Assembly (NCBI GenBank): GCA_027339635.1
Contig: DAHWNZ010000006.1
Span: forward strand, 6,500 to 70,499
From: Candidatus Dormiibacterota bacterium
Lineage (GTDB): Bacteria > Chloroflexota > Dormibacteria > Aeolococcales > Bog-877
DNA length: 64,000 nt
Direction of reading: 5' to 3'
Shown: piece by piece, positions 19,684 through 29,379 of the stretch
Layout: the number at the start of each line of letters is the position of its first letter
Position numbering within the stretch: position 1 is the first letter of the stretch
The notes under the pieces: generated by a model
Databases searched by the model: none
What the model was told of the DNA's origin: nothing
Seen by the model: only the letters and a program-made list of their open reading frames with translations
Program-made: the position numbers and the translations under genes

Positions 19684-19754
19684 CGCCTGAGTATATGTCC
19701 ACTCTCATTCCAACCCTGGATGCGCGGCCGCCGACTCGGGCCCCGATCGCGGGG

Positions 19755-20303
19755 TCAGGCCGGCGCCCCGGAGGGCGGGGCCATGGGTCGGAACAGAACC
19801 CGCTGGTAGAGGCCGAACTTCAAGACCCAAAGCACCGCGTAGGTACCCAGGTAGGCGAGGCCGACAAGCGCGGTGCGCCCGGGACCCTGGCCCGCGATGT
19901 GGGCCGCCGCCTCGCTGGTGACCCAAGTCGAGGCCAGGAGCCCGAGGATCGTTATGCCCCAGTAGAACACGAACTGTCTGCCCGGACGGCGCCTGTCAGC
20001 CTCCGCCCAGATCCAGTAGCGGCTTAGGAGGTATGAAAGCATCCCGCCCACTACGGTCGCGGCCACCGCTGCCTCGGCCGCCGTCGCCAGGTGGAACCCG
20101 AACAGGGCCAGCAACACCAGCTCGCTGGCGACTGTGGAGGCGACCGAGGTCCCCGCATACCGCAGCACCCGACCGAGCAGGGGCGAGTGCTCGGACCTGG
20201 TTGGCTTGAGCCGGCTCATGTCGGGGAGCGAGCTGACGGGCAAGCCCCTCTCAGATCCTTCTGAACCCGCCTCCAGCGGGGGCGCCATCTCTTGAACGGT
20301 CAC
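19755..20303 (-). CDS. GtrA-family membrane protein
   Basis: 4 TM helices; RY...S, SY.LSRYWIW, KF...R.LF. Confidence 0.8.
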   Translation of the reverse strand: MTVQEMAPPLEAGSEGSERGLPVSSLPDMSRLKPTRSEHSPLLGRVLRYAGTSVASTVASELVLLALFGFHLATAAEAAVAATVVGGMLSYLLSRYWIWAEADRRRPGRQFVFYWGITILGLLASTWVTSEAAAHIAGQGPGRTALVGLAYLGTYAVLWVLKFGLYQRVLFRPMAPPSGAPA

Positions 20304-21013
20304 GAAGTCTCCAAATCTGCCGCGGTCTGTCCCTTCAGCGGGTTCTTCTTCAGGGTGAGCTGCCCGCGATTCACCATCGCGGTCCGGGGTGCCTGGCGCG
20401 CCACCTTGGAATCGTGGGTCGCGATCACCAGCGTCAGCTCCCGGTTCGCCCGCACCGTCTGAAGCAGGCCCATGATCTCAGATCGGGTGCCCTCGTCGAG
20501 GTTTCCCGTTGGCTCGTCGGCGAGAAGAACCCTCGGCTCCTTGACCAGGGCCCGAGCGATCGCGACCCGCTGCTGCTCGCCGCCCGACAGCTCGGCGGGA
20601 AAGTGCCCGGCTCGGTCACCGAGCCCCACCCCTTCGAGGGCCTCCATCGAGCGCCGGCGCGCATCGTCTCCGCCGATCCCCAGGGGTACCAGGGCGGCCT
20701 GGACGTTCTCGACCGCGCTGAGGGTGGGCATCAGATTGTAATTCTGGAACACGAAGCCCAGGGTTCGTGCCCTCAGGTCCCCAAGGCGCCCCTCCCCCAG
20801 CTTGGAGGTGTCCTGGCCGTCGAGAACCAGGGAGCCCGATGTCGGCCGGTCCAGGGCACCCATGAGCAGGAGCAGGGTTGTCTTCCCGCTTCCGGTTGGG
20901 CCCTGGATGGTGAGGAAATCGCCGTCTTCGACGGTGAGATTCACCCGGCGCAGGGCGTTAACCTCGGCCCTCCCCTTGTGGTAGAGCTTCGAGACATCGG
21001 TCAGCTGGTACAA
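20300..21013 (-). CDS. ABC transporter ATP-binding protein (LolD/MacB type)
   Basis: [44 protein letters not shown]. Confidence 0.95.
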   Translation of the reverse strand: MYQLTDVSKLYHKGRAEVNALRRVNLTVEDGDFLTIQGPTGSGKTTLLLLMGALDRPTSGSLVLDGQDTSKLGEGRLGDLRARTLGFVFQNYNLMPTLSAVENVQAALVPLGIGGDDARRRSMEALEGVGLGDRAGHFPAELSGGEQQRVAIARALVKEPRVLLADEPTGNLDEGTRSEIMGLLQTVRANRELTLVIATHDSKVARQAPRTAMVNRGQLTLKKNPLKGQTAADLETS

Positions 21014-21070
21014 GTGGACGCTCCCTTCTGCTGGTAAGACCGGGTCACGCTGGGGGAGTTGGTCACGTGC

Positions 21071-22507
21071 CTACTCCACCCGCCTCAGAGCATCGGCAGG
21101 GCGCAGCCGCGCAACTCGCCAGCCTCCGATGGCGCCCGCCAGAAGGCCGCCCGCCAGAGCCAGCAGGATGGCGAGGCCGACTACGTCCCAGGAGATGGGG
21201 GCGGTGAGGTGAACGGTCACCGTGTGCGCGGCAGCACCCAGGTTGTGAAGGAAGCTGGGGCGACCGCCCCCGAAGGCGCCGGCCCCGGCCCCCGCCGCGG
21301 GAAAGTGGGCCGCGGTCGTGGCTCCGACCGGAACCTTGACCGTGCCCCCAACCCGCTCGACCAGGAACGCGCCCAGGAAGCCAAGTCCGACTCCTACCGC
21401 CGCACCTAGCACGCCCTGAACCAGGCCCTCGCCCACGATCTGGGCGACGATCCGGCGACTCTTCCAACCCAGGGCCTTGAGGGTGCCGAACTCGCGCACG
21501 CGGCCCGACACCGATGAGAGTGTCAGCATCGCCGCCAGGGCGAAGGCGACCACCAGCACGATCGCGGCCAGCCACTTGCCCAAGGAGCTGGCCAGGCTCG
21601 AGGCCGTCCCCAAGGAGCTGGACACCTGGCTCGCCAGGTCCGCCGCGGTGGTCACGGTCAGCCCTGGAGTCGTCTTGTCGATCTCGCCCTTCACCGCGCC
21701 GATGGCGGAGTTGTTGTCCGCCTCGACGTAGATCGTGTTGACGTCGTCCTTGTCGCCGGCCACGGCCTGGGCCCGGGCGAGCGGGACGTACACATCTGAG
21801 CCGGAGCTGCCACTTGCGGGGGTGACTATCCCAATCACCTTGTACGAGGTGTCTGAGATGGTCACCTTTGAGCCGACCTTGAGGCCCTCCTGCTTGGCGT
21901 AGGAGGAGTCGACAAGTGCCACGTCCGAGTTCAGATCGGAGCTTGAGAAGTAGCCCCCCGAGGTGACGCTCGCCCCGCTGAGCGGACCGAGTCCGGGGGC
22001 GGAGATGTCGACCCCCTCGATCGTGAAGGAGTTGGCCTTGAAGGAGGTTCTCGAGCCGGAGGAGGAGCCGCTGGGCGTCGAGCCCGGCGCGAATCCGGAA
22101 CCCGGCTGGAACGAGCCCGTGAAGGTGAAGTCACTGAGGGCGAGGCCTCCGGCCGCGTCACTCACCCCCTTGAGCTTGGTGATCTTGCTGACATCGGTAG
22201 CCGGGATGACCGCCAGACCGGGGCTGGCGGACACGTGCTGGCCCGAGATCGACGTCGGTCTGGCACCGGTTGGTGGGCCACCGAAAGAGAATGGGCCGCC
22301 CGATCCGAAGCTCGGCGCCTTGGTTACGGTCAGATCGGTGCCGACACCGTAGAGGGAGTGCAGCACCTGCCCCTGAGCGGCGTTGACGCCGCTCGAGGCC
22401 GCGGCCACGGTGACGACCAGCCCCACTCCGACCGCTAGGCCGATTGCGACCAGGCTGGCCTGACGGCGGCGGCGCCGGAGCTCCCGCCACAGATACGTGA
22501 GATACAA
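21071..22507 (-). CDS. ABC transporter permease (MacB/FtsX family)
   Basis: One TM helix, large extracytoplasmic domain, RVREFGTLKALGW, P.DALR; TTG after GAAGGAG. Confidence 0.9.
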   Translation of the reverse strand: MYLTYLWRELRRRRRQASLVAIGLAVGVGLVVTVAAASSGVNAAQGQVLHSLYGVGTDLTVTKAPSFGSGGPFSFGGPPTGARPTSISGQHVSASPGLAVIPATDVSKITKLKGVSDAAGGLALSDFTFTGSFQPGSGFAPGSTPSGSSSGSRTSFKANSFTIEGVDISAPGLGPLSGASVTSGGYFSSSDLNSDVALVDSSYAKQEGLKVGSKVTISDTSYKVIGIVTPASGSSGSDVYVPLARAQAVAGDKDDVNTIYVEADNNSAIGAVKGEIDKTTPGLTVTTAADLASQVSSSLGTASSLASSLGKWLAAIVLVVAFALAAMLTLSSVSGRVREFGTLKALGWKSRRIVAQIVGEGLVQGVLGAAVGVGLGFLGAFLVERVGGTVKVPVGATTAAHFPAAGAGAGAFGGGRPSFLHNLGAAAHTVTVHLTAPISWDVVGLAILLALAGGLLAGAIGGWRVARLRPADALRRVE

Positions 22508-22587
22508 GTCCGCTCCTTCAAAGCAGGCCGGGGTGATTCCCTGCTTCCAACTCAAACGGCCCGCTCTGGGAGCCCCATCGGAAGGCT

Positions 22588-22604
22588 CTTAGAGAAAACT
22601 GAGA
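22588..22604 (-). promoter_or_regulatory. Tandem direct repeat resembling an OmpR/MprA-type binding box
   Basis: Minus strand TCTCAG-N5-TCTAAG about 80 nt upstream of the permease. Confidence 0.4.
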
Positions 22605-22659
22605 GTCGCCTGCTGAGGTGGATCTAAACTCCAGGTGACTGGGCAAGCTGTCGGCAGAA

Positions 22660-23613
22660 GTGGTGCAGGACTTGGAGGAGTTGGCCGTGGACCGCCTGAT
22701 CGCGCCGGGAATTTGGCAGATAGACACCGAGCTCGGCGGCTGGACCGAGTTGAATGCGGTCTTTCTCATCGAGGGGCAGCGCCCCTGCCTGGTCGAGACC
22801 GGTCCCCAAAGGGACGCCGGCAGGGTCCTCGCAGCGTTGGCCGCCAGGGGCCTCGACGCCAAGGATCTGGCGTACGTGGTCCTGACCCACATCCACCTCG
22901 ACCATGGCGGAGCGGTGGGCGAGGTGGCGCAGCGCTACCCCGGGGCCCGGGTGATCTGCCATCCCAAGGGCCTGCGCCACCTGGCGGACCCGACTCGCCT
23001 GGTGGCCGCCGCCGGGCAGGTGTACGGCGACCGTCTGGATCCCCTCTATGGGCGGATGACCCCAGTAGACGTGGCCAGCCTGGTGGGCGCCGAGGACATG
23101 CAGGTGTTGGACCTCGGGGGCCGCAAGCTGACCCTTGTGCACTCCCCCGGGCACGCCAAGCACCATATCGCCATCCTGGACGACCTGAGCGGGGTGATCC
23201 TCGTGGGTGACGCGGTCGGGGTGAAGGTTCCGGGTGGCGGCCCGCTGCGGCCCGCGATGCCTCCGGACGACTTCGATCTGGAGCTGGCCATCGGGTCGCT
23301 CCACAAGTTCGCCGCCCTCGGGCCCGCGCAGGTGGTTCTCACCCATTTCGGCCCGGCCGGGGAGCCCCAGGAGGTCCTCCACGAGGCGGAGGCCACAATG
23401 CGGCGCTGGTGCCAGGTGGCCGAGTCCGCTTACGCCGAGGTGCCCACCGTCGACCACATCGAGCGCGCCCTCCTGGAGCGGGTGTTCGAGCCGGCGGAGG
23501 ACGCTTCGCGCCAGGAGGTCGTGGACACCCTGAACGGCTTCGCTTCGAACGCGGCTGGAATGCACGGTTGGCTCCGGAGACGGGCGCAGGCTGCCGGGAG
23601 CGACAAGCCCTGA
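22660..23613 (+). CDS. Metallo-beta-lactamase-fold hydrolase
   Basis: THIHLDHGG, PGHAKHH, GDA, THFG; true start may be 22687 after GGAGGAG. Confidence 0.88.
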   Translation: MVQDLEELAVDRLIAPGIWQIDTELGGWTELNAVFLIEGQRPCLVETGPQRDAGRVLAALAARGLDAKDLAYVVLTHIHLDHGGAVGEVAQRYPGARVICHPKGLRHLADPTRLVAAAGQVYGDRLDPLYGRMTPVDVASLVGAEDMQVLDLGGRKLTLVHSPGHAKHHIAILDDLSGVILVGDAVGVKVPGGGPLRPAMPPDDFDLELAIGSLHKFAALGPAQVVLTHFGPAGEPQEVLHEAEATMRRWCQVAESAYAEVPTVDHIERALLERVFEPAEDASRQEVVDTLNGFASNAAGMHGWLRRRAQAAGSDKP

Positions 23614-23766
23614 GCGCTTCCGGACCCCCTCGCCAGGGGTCCTCTCAGAGCGCGCGGGAGAGGCTCCAGCCTACTTGACGTTGCGGCAGATGGGAAGTCC
23701 CAATACAATGCGGCTGTTCGCCCGGCGCCTGAGTTCGGGTCCCAAGTCCAGCGGAGGGGTACTGAT

Positions 23767-23916
23767 ATGGCCGTAACCGGCTTCTGCATGAAGTGCAAGA
23801 CGGCGAGGGAGATCTCCAACCCCCAGCCTACCCAGCTGAAGAACGGCAAGCCGGCAACCACCGGCACCTGCCCGGTCTGCGGCACCAAGATCTTCAAGAT
23901 CGGGAAGGCAGCCTGA
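23767..23916 (+). CDS. Small basic zinc-ribbon protein (DUF5679-like), 49 aa, absent from ORF track
   Basis: MAVTGFCMKCK...LKNGKPATTGTCPVCGTKIFKIGKAA; RBS GGAGGGG; promoter TTGCGG-17-TACAAT at 23681-23709. Confidence 0.85.
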   Translation: MAVTGFCMKCKTAREISNPQPTQLKNGKPATTGTCPVCGTKIFKIGKAA

Positions 23917-23947
23917 TCCGGCACGGCGCCGGCCGGGGTCGAGCCCT

Positions 23948-25363
23948 GTGGCTGGGCCCCGGCCGGTGAGTGGCGGAGAGGAGCACGTCGCCGCCGCCAT
24001 AGCGGCACGGGAACGTGCCCTTGTCGCGGGCTTGAAGCGGTGGGTGGAGATCCCATCGATCAGCACCGACCCGAGCCACGCCTCGGACTGTGTGCGTTCG
24101 GCGGAGTTCCTGAAGGAGTACGCGCTGGCGTGCGGCATGACCAGGGCCGAGATCTGGCCCACGGCCGGGCACCCGGCGGTATTTGCCGAGCGGCTGGAGG
24201 ACCCCTCCCTGCCTACCGTTTTGGTGTACGGGCACCATGACGTGCAGCCGGTCGACCCGGTCGAGGAGTGGGAGGCGGCCCCCTTTCAACCGCTCGAACG
24301 CGACGGGCTCCTCCTTGGGAGGGGCACCGCGGATGACAAGGGCCACATCCTCATGCACCTGGAGGCGGTTCGGGGCATCCTCGACGCCGAGGGCCGCCTG
24401 CCAGTCAATCTCAAGCTGATCGCCGAGGGCGAGGAGGAGAACGGGTCCGAGCACTTCGAGTCCGTCCTGAAGGAGCACCTGGGCCAGCTCGAGGCCGATG
24501 TCGCGGTCATCAGCGACACGGGCATGCTGTCCAGGGAGCAGCCGGCGCTCACCATCGCCCTGCGGGGGATGGCCTACTGGGAGGTGCGGGTCAGAACCTC
24601 CGACACGGACCTCCACTCGGGCGTTTACGGCGGCGCCGTCCTCAACCCAATCGCGGTCCTGTGCCAGATGCTGGCGGGGCTCCACGACGACGCGGGCCGG
24701 GTCACGGTGCCAGGATTCTACGATCAAGTCCGCAGCCTCTCGACGGCTGAACGGGACGAGCTGGCCCAGGTGCCGTTCGACGAGGACTCGTTCCTGCGGC
24801 CGGTGGGCGCGATCTCGGGGGGAGAGGCCGGCTACAGCCTGATGGAGAGACGTACCATCCGGCCCACCCTGGAGATCTGCGGAATCTGGGGCGGCTACCA
24901 GGGGGAGGGTGCCAAGACGGTGATCCCGGCGCGGGCTGGAGCGAAGCTGTCCTCGCGGCTGGTGCCGGATCAGACAGCCGATGAGGTGACCCTTCTGGTC
25001 GGCAACCATCTGCGCCGAACCGCCCCGGCGGGCGTGCAGGTCGAGTTCGAGCTGATCCACGACGGCCGCTGGGTTCTCACCCCGGCCTCCCATCCCGCAG
25101 TTGACGCGGCGGCTGACGCCCTGGCCGCGGTGTGGGGAAGAAGACCGTCCTACATCAGGGAGGGCGGGAGCATTCCCCCGGTGGCGACGATCGCCGAGCT
25201 GCTCAGCGTGCCCTGCGTGCTGCTGGGCGTGGGATTGCCCGAGGACCACATACACGCCCCCAACGAGAGGGTCGACCTGGGCCAGCTGTTTCGCGGAATG
25301 CAGAGCCTGGGGAGGCTCTGGCAGGCCTACTCGGAGCTGGGTCGAGAAAGGCTCAGCGGCTGA
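23948..25363 (+). CDS. M20-family dipeptidase
   Basis: YGHHDVQP, GRGTADDKG, EGEEENGS, DLHSG, GGSIP, HAPNE. Confidence 0.92.
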   Translation: MAGPRPVSGGEEHVAAAIAARERALVAGLKRWVEIPSISTDPSHASDCVRSAEFLKEYALACGMTRAEIWPTAGHPAVFAERLEDPSLPTVLVYGHHDVQPVDPVEEWEAAPFQPLERDGLLLGRGTADDKGHILMHLEAVRGILDAEGRLPVNLKLIAEGEEENGSEHFESVLKEHLGQLEADVAVISDTGMLSREQPALTIALRGMAYWEVRVRTSDTDLHSGVYGGAVLNPIAVLCQMLAGLHDDAGRVTVPGFYDQVRSLSTAERDELAQVPFDEDSFLRPVGAISGGEAGYSLMERRTIRPTLEICGIWGGYQGEGAKTVIPARAGAKLSSRLVPDQTADEVTLLVGNHLRRTAPAGVQVEFELIHDGRWVLTPASHPAVDAAADALAAVWGRRPSYIREGGSIPPVATIAELLSVPCVLLGVGLPEDHIHAPNERVDLGQLFRGMQSLGRLWQAYSELGRERLSG

Positions 25364-26036
25364 TCGGAGCGAGTTCGGTCGGGGTTCCGAGCAGGAAGTC
25401 GGAGCTCGGGCGATCGGTGAATATCAGGATCTGATCTCCCACCGCAAGCGGCGAGTCCCCGTCCACCTCCTGGCCATCTCGTAGCGTGAGAAGCACCCGT
25501 TCACGGGCGAAGGCCGGCACCTCCGAGGGCCGGCGGCCCACCGCCTCCCCCATGGGAACCGTGATGCGCATCACGGCCCGGTCGGTGCCCTCCATGGGCA
25601 TGCGCTCGATGTCCGTGCTGTTCACCAGGGCGGTGTCAATCTGGTTCAAAATGAGCTCGGTCGCTGACACCGCGATGTCGACTCCGAGCTTCTGGAAGAG
25701 CGGCACGTTGCTCGGGTTGTTGACCCGGGCTATTGTGTGGGGCACCTTGAAGTTGAGCTTCGCCAGCTGGCAGGCCACCAGGTTGTCCTCGTCGTCGCCG
25801 GTGACTGCAGCTAGGACGTCCGCCCGCTCGATCCCGCTGGTGGCCAGAAATGCCATCTCGTCACCGTCTCCGACCAGACAGGCGCAGCTTCCCAGCTGGG
25901 CCGAGATGGAGGAAGCCCGGATGCGGTCCTTCTCGATCAGGGCGACCTCGTATCCGGCCTTGAGGAGGCGGTGGGTCAGATAGAACCCTACCTTGCCACC
26001 CCCGACCACTATCACGTAGGCGGGCCGCTCAGCCAT
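25353..26036 (-). CDS. trkA: TrkA-family K+ transport regulatory protein (RCK_N plus degenerate RCK_C)
   Basis: VVGGGKVG, GDG, AVTGDDEDN, ARVNNP. Confidence 0.88.
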   Translation of the reverse strand: MAERPAYVIVVGGGKVGFYLTHRLLKAGYEVALIEKDRIRASSISAQLGSCACLVGDGDEMAFLATSGIERADVLAAVTGDDEDNLVACQLAKLNFKVPHTIARVNNPSNVPLFQKLGVDIAVSATELILNQIDTALVNSTDIERMPMEGTDRAVMRITVPMGEAVGRRPSEVPAFARERVLLTLRDGQEVDGDSPLAVGDQILIFTDRPSSDFLLGTPTELAPISR

Positions 26037-26487
26037 CCGCCACCCCCGACACGGTCACGGCGGCACGGGCGCGGTCAGCCGCCTCCGGCCCCTCCTCGAA
26101 GAAGGTCTTCGCTATGGCGGCCCCGACCACGGTCGGACAGTAGGTGTAAAGGCCCATCTCGCGATACACCCTCTCGCGGATGGGATCGTAGATCCTGGTC
26201 ATGACCCGCGGGATATGGAAGATCGCCCTCGCTACCTGGGCGCTCATGATGTTGCGGTTGTCGCCATTGGTCACGGATATGAACCAATCGGTCTGGGCCG
26301 CGCCGGCCTCCTCCAGGACATGCTGATCGGTGCCGTTTCCCAAGACCATACGGCCCTTGAAGCTCTCGCCTAGACGGTCGAATGCCTGCCGGGAGCTGTC
26401 GACCACCGTCACCTGGTGACCCTCCTCGGCTAGGGCCAGGGCGAGACGGGCACCCACCCTACCGCAGCCCACGATCAGGACCCTCAC
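26029..26487 (-). CDS. trkA: TrkA-N (RCK_N only) protein
   Basis: IVGCGRVG, VTNGDNRN, RIYDP; GTG 7 nt after TATACT. Confidence 0.88.
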   Translation of the reverse strand: MRVLIVGCGRVGARLALALAEEGHQVTVVDSSRQAFDRLGESFKGRMVLGNGTDQHVLEEAGAAQTDWFISVTNGDNRNIMSAQVARAIFHIPRVMTRIYDPIRERVYREMGLYTYCPTVVGAAIAKTFFEEGPEAADRARAAVTVSGVADG

Positions 26488-26610
26488 CTGTCGGAGTATA
26501 GCCGCGAGTGGGACAGGATCCTCTCGCCCTGGCCCGGCGGTGGGCACCTGCCGGTTGGGCCGGCGCGCCGTGACTCGAAACCAGGGTCGGCCGGTGGCCG
26601 TTGCAGGAGC

Positions 26611-28716
26611 ATGGCGCCAAGTCGACAGCGCGCCCGGCTCTTGCCTGGTTGGAGCCGGCGTGCGCTAACTCCTTTTCCGGTGCTGCTCGTACTCACCACT
26701 GTGCTCACGAGTGGGTGCGCCACCGCCGCCCGAACGCAACCATCCCGGCTCCCGCGCGCGGTACTGTTCCAAGTCATCCCCACCCCGGGCCGGCAGCCAG
26801 ATTGCGGGAACCCGGCGGGCGGGTCCGGAGTCGCGCCCGCCGGAGGGCCCCTCGTCAACTACGTCACGGCGGAGGCCCCGGGTGGCGAGGCCTTCGCCGA
26901 CTGCAACCTCGTGGCGACCCGACCAGATGGCTCCTCGCAGTGGCACTTCCATCACCTCCAGATGGACGTGATGGGGCTCAGCGTCCTGAGTGATGGGCGG
27001 GTGCTGGGCTTCGGATTCAACCCAGCGGGGACCTCGGTCACCTGGTCGATGGTGTCAGGACCGGTGGCTTCCGGGAGGTGGACCGCGACCCGCCTCACCG
27101 GGATCGGCCCGTCGACGTACGACTCCCTGAGCTGCAGCCTGAGCGGTCAGGTCTGTGTCGCCTTCCCCGCTCCCGACGTGGTCTGGGAAGGGCTCTGTCC
27201 GACGCCGGTCATGGGAGCGCCGACTCCGCCCCCGGCGACGCCGACAGGGCCGGTGTTCGTTTACCGGCCAGGCTCCGGGTGGGCGGCCATCACAGGGCTG
27301 CCCGCCAACCTGAGCACGATGACGGGTGCCGTCACCTCGGACGGCGCCATCATCCTCGGCGGATCTGAGGATGGCAGAGGGGTAATTCTCACGAGCGAGA
27401 ACCAGGGATTGACGTTCGTTCCCAGGGCCACCCCGCCGGCCCCCGTGACAGCCATCGCCGCCAACTCCCAACGCGTCGTGGCCGTGGGTGGCACTCCAAG
27501 CTGCGACTTCGGACCCACGACCGACGGGGACACTCAGGAGATCTACTCCAGCTCTGCCTCCGGGACGAGCTGGACCAAGGACCTGGATCTGACGGCCACC
27601 TCCGCTCCGCTCACCGGGGTTGCCCTTACCGGCTCCGGCTCTGCTGTGATAGCCGCAGGGTCGTCGACCCAGTGCGGTCTGGCCGACGACGGGTTCTGTT
27701 TCCAGGAGATAGCGGAGGCGCCGCCCTCTCTCACGTCCCTGGTCAGGCCTGCCCACTTTGACCAGCTCGAATTGGTCAGCTTCGCGGCGAGTGGGAGTCG
27801 GGTTCTGGCGGTGAACTCCCAAGGTTTGCTTGAAGCGGGGGCCCCCAGCCTCGGGCGGTGGACCGTCCAGGGCGCGGTCACGGAGCCCGCCCTGGAGAAC
27901 GTGAACTTCTTCCCCTCACACCCCACCATGGGGGTGGCTGAGCTCTCGCTCGGGTCTGAGACCGCCGCCGTCGAGACCGACGACGGCGGCTTCCACTGGA
28001 CTTCCGGGCCCGTCCAGCCTCGATCGGCCGCGGGCCCCATCGCCTGGGCATCTTTCAGAGTCGGCTTCGCCGTCGGCCAGGATCCCAAGGCCGGGCTTCT
28101 GGTCACGACTGACGGCGGCCACCATTGGCGCTCCTACTCCTGGCCCGGTGACGACGAGGAGGTGAGCTGGCTGTACTTTCAGAGTCCCAAGGTTGGTTTC
28201 GCCGCCCTGGACACGGCGGGAGGAATGATGCACCTCATCGCGACCTCCGACGGTGGCCGACAGTGGCGCCCTGTGGCTCACTCCGATCAGAAGCTGGCGG
28301 ATCTACCCGCCGACATCGCGGCCGTTCGCTCCGGCGGAGAGACAACGATCGCAGTCCTTCGCGAGTGGGGATGGCGGCTGATCACCGACGGCAGGACGGT
28401 GTCGACCACGACCTTCCGAGGCCCGGTGGCGGTCAGTGCCGTGGCCCTGCAACCCGGAGGGCTGGTGTGGGCGGCGGGTACCAGCAGCTGGTGGTACGCA
28501 CCCAGCCCGATCCTGCTAGTGAGCGCCGGAGGACACCGCGGCCGCCGTATCGGGGAGCTTCCCTTCGACTCCGCCCCCCAGGAGATGGAGTTCAGCACCG
28601 CTCGAGATGGCTGGATGGTTGATCAGGGCCAGCTCTTCACGACCCAAGACGGAGGGCTTGACTGGAAGCAGGTGCCCCTTCGCGCGGTTGCCGTCGCCGG
28701 CTATTCGGTGAGCTGA
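26611..28716 (+). CDS. Putative lipoprotein with BNR/Asp-box repeats (beta-propeller)
   Basis: Lipobox LTSGC; repeats TDDGGFHW, TTDGGHHW, TSDGGRQW, TQDGGLDW. Confidence 0.75.
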   Translation: MAPSRQRARLLPGWSRRALTPFPVLLVLTTVLTSGCATAARTQPSRLPRAVLFQVIPTPGRQPDCGNPAGGSGVAPAGGPLVNYVTAEAPGGEAFADCNLVATRPDGSSQWHFHHLQMDVMGLSVLSDGRVLGFGFNPAGTSVTWSMVSGPVASGRWTATRLTGIGPSTYDSLSCSLSGQVCVAFPAPDVVWEGLCPTPVMGAPTPPPATPTGPVFVYRPGSGWAAITGLPANLSTMTGAVTSDGAIILGGSEDGRGVILTSENQGLTFVPRATPPAPVTAIAANSQRVVAVGGTPSCDFGPTTDGDTQEIYSSSASGTSWTKDLDLTATSAPLTGVALTGSGSAVIAAGSSTQCGLADDGFCFQEIAEAPPSLTSLVRPAHFDQLELVSFAASGSRVLAVNSQGLLEAGAPSLGRWTVQGAVTEPALENVNFFPSHPTMGVAELSLGSETAAVETDDGGFHWTSGPVQPRSAAGPIAWASFRVGFAVGQDPKAGLLVTTDGGHHWRSYSWPGDDEEVSWLYFQSPKVGFAALDTAGGMMHLIATSDGGRQWRPVAHSDQKLADLPADIAAVRSGGETTIAVLREWGWRLITDGRTVSTTTFRGPVAVSAVALQPGGLVWAAGTSSWWYAPSPILLVSAGGHRGRRIGELPFDSAPQEMEFSTARDGWMVDQGQLFTTQDGGLDWKQVPLRAVAVAGYSVS

Positions 28717-28844
28717 GAAGGCTGGGTCGAGCCGAAGACAGTGCAGCGTCTCAAACAGCAGCCGCTGGACCCTGTCGCGGGCACGGAGCCCCGCGGGGGC
28801 GGATCCTGTGCGAGGATGCCCCAGCGCGCCACAATGGAGGACCC

Positions 28845-29375
28845 ATGGCCTCTCGCTTCTTCCGCTCCGGCACAACCACGGCTCCAGATCGCCTGGGGGT
28901 CCTGGGACCGCGCCGGATCGTGGTACCGGTTAAGGGCGACGCGGTCGATGGGGACGCCCTGCGCGCCGCCTGCCGCCTGGCTCGGCCGGCTAGAGCGGAG
29001 ATTCTGGTGATAACCGTTCTGGAGGTGCCCCGGCACCTTCCCTTGACCGTCAACCTGGAGCAGGAGCTTGGGGAGGCCGAGGAGATCCTGGCCCAGATGG
29101 AGCAGCTGGCTGAGAAGCTGGGAACCAGGATCGAGACCACCGTCCTCCAGGCCAGGGAGTCCGGGCCGGCCGTGGTCGACGAGGCCAAGAGGTGGGGGGC
29201 CGACTTGGTGGTGGTGGGGTTGGGAAGCCCCCAGAGGTTCGGGGAATTCGTGCTGGATCGCAATGGCGAGGAGCTGCTCAACCGCGTCCATTGCCGGCTC
29301 ATCATGATCCGCGAGGCTCTTGATGAGACCGATCTTGACCGCAACACGGTGACCGCCCCGACAACACCGGACTGA
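28845..29375 (+). CDS. Universal stress protein
   Basis: RIVVPV, VLEVP, ADLVVVG; RBS GGAGG. Confidence 0.85.
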   Translation: MASRFFRSGTTTAPDRLGVLGPRRIVVPVKGDAVDGDALRAACRLARPARAEILVITVLEVPRHLPLTVNLEQELGEAEEILAQMEQLAEKLGTRIETTVLQARESGPAVVDEAKRWGADLVVVGLGSPQRFGEFVLDRNGEELLNRVHCRLIMIREALDETDLDRNTVTAPTTPD

Positions 29376-29379
29376 ACGC

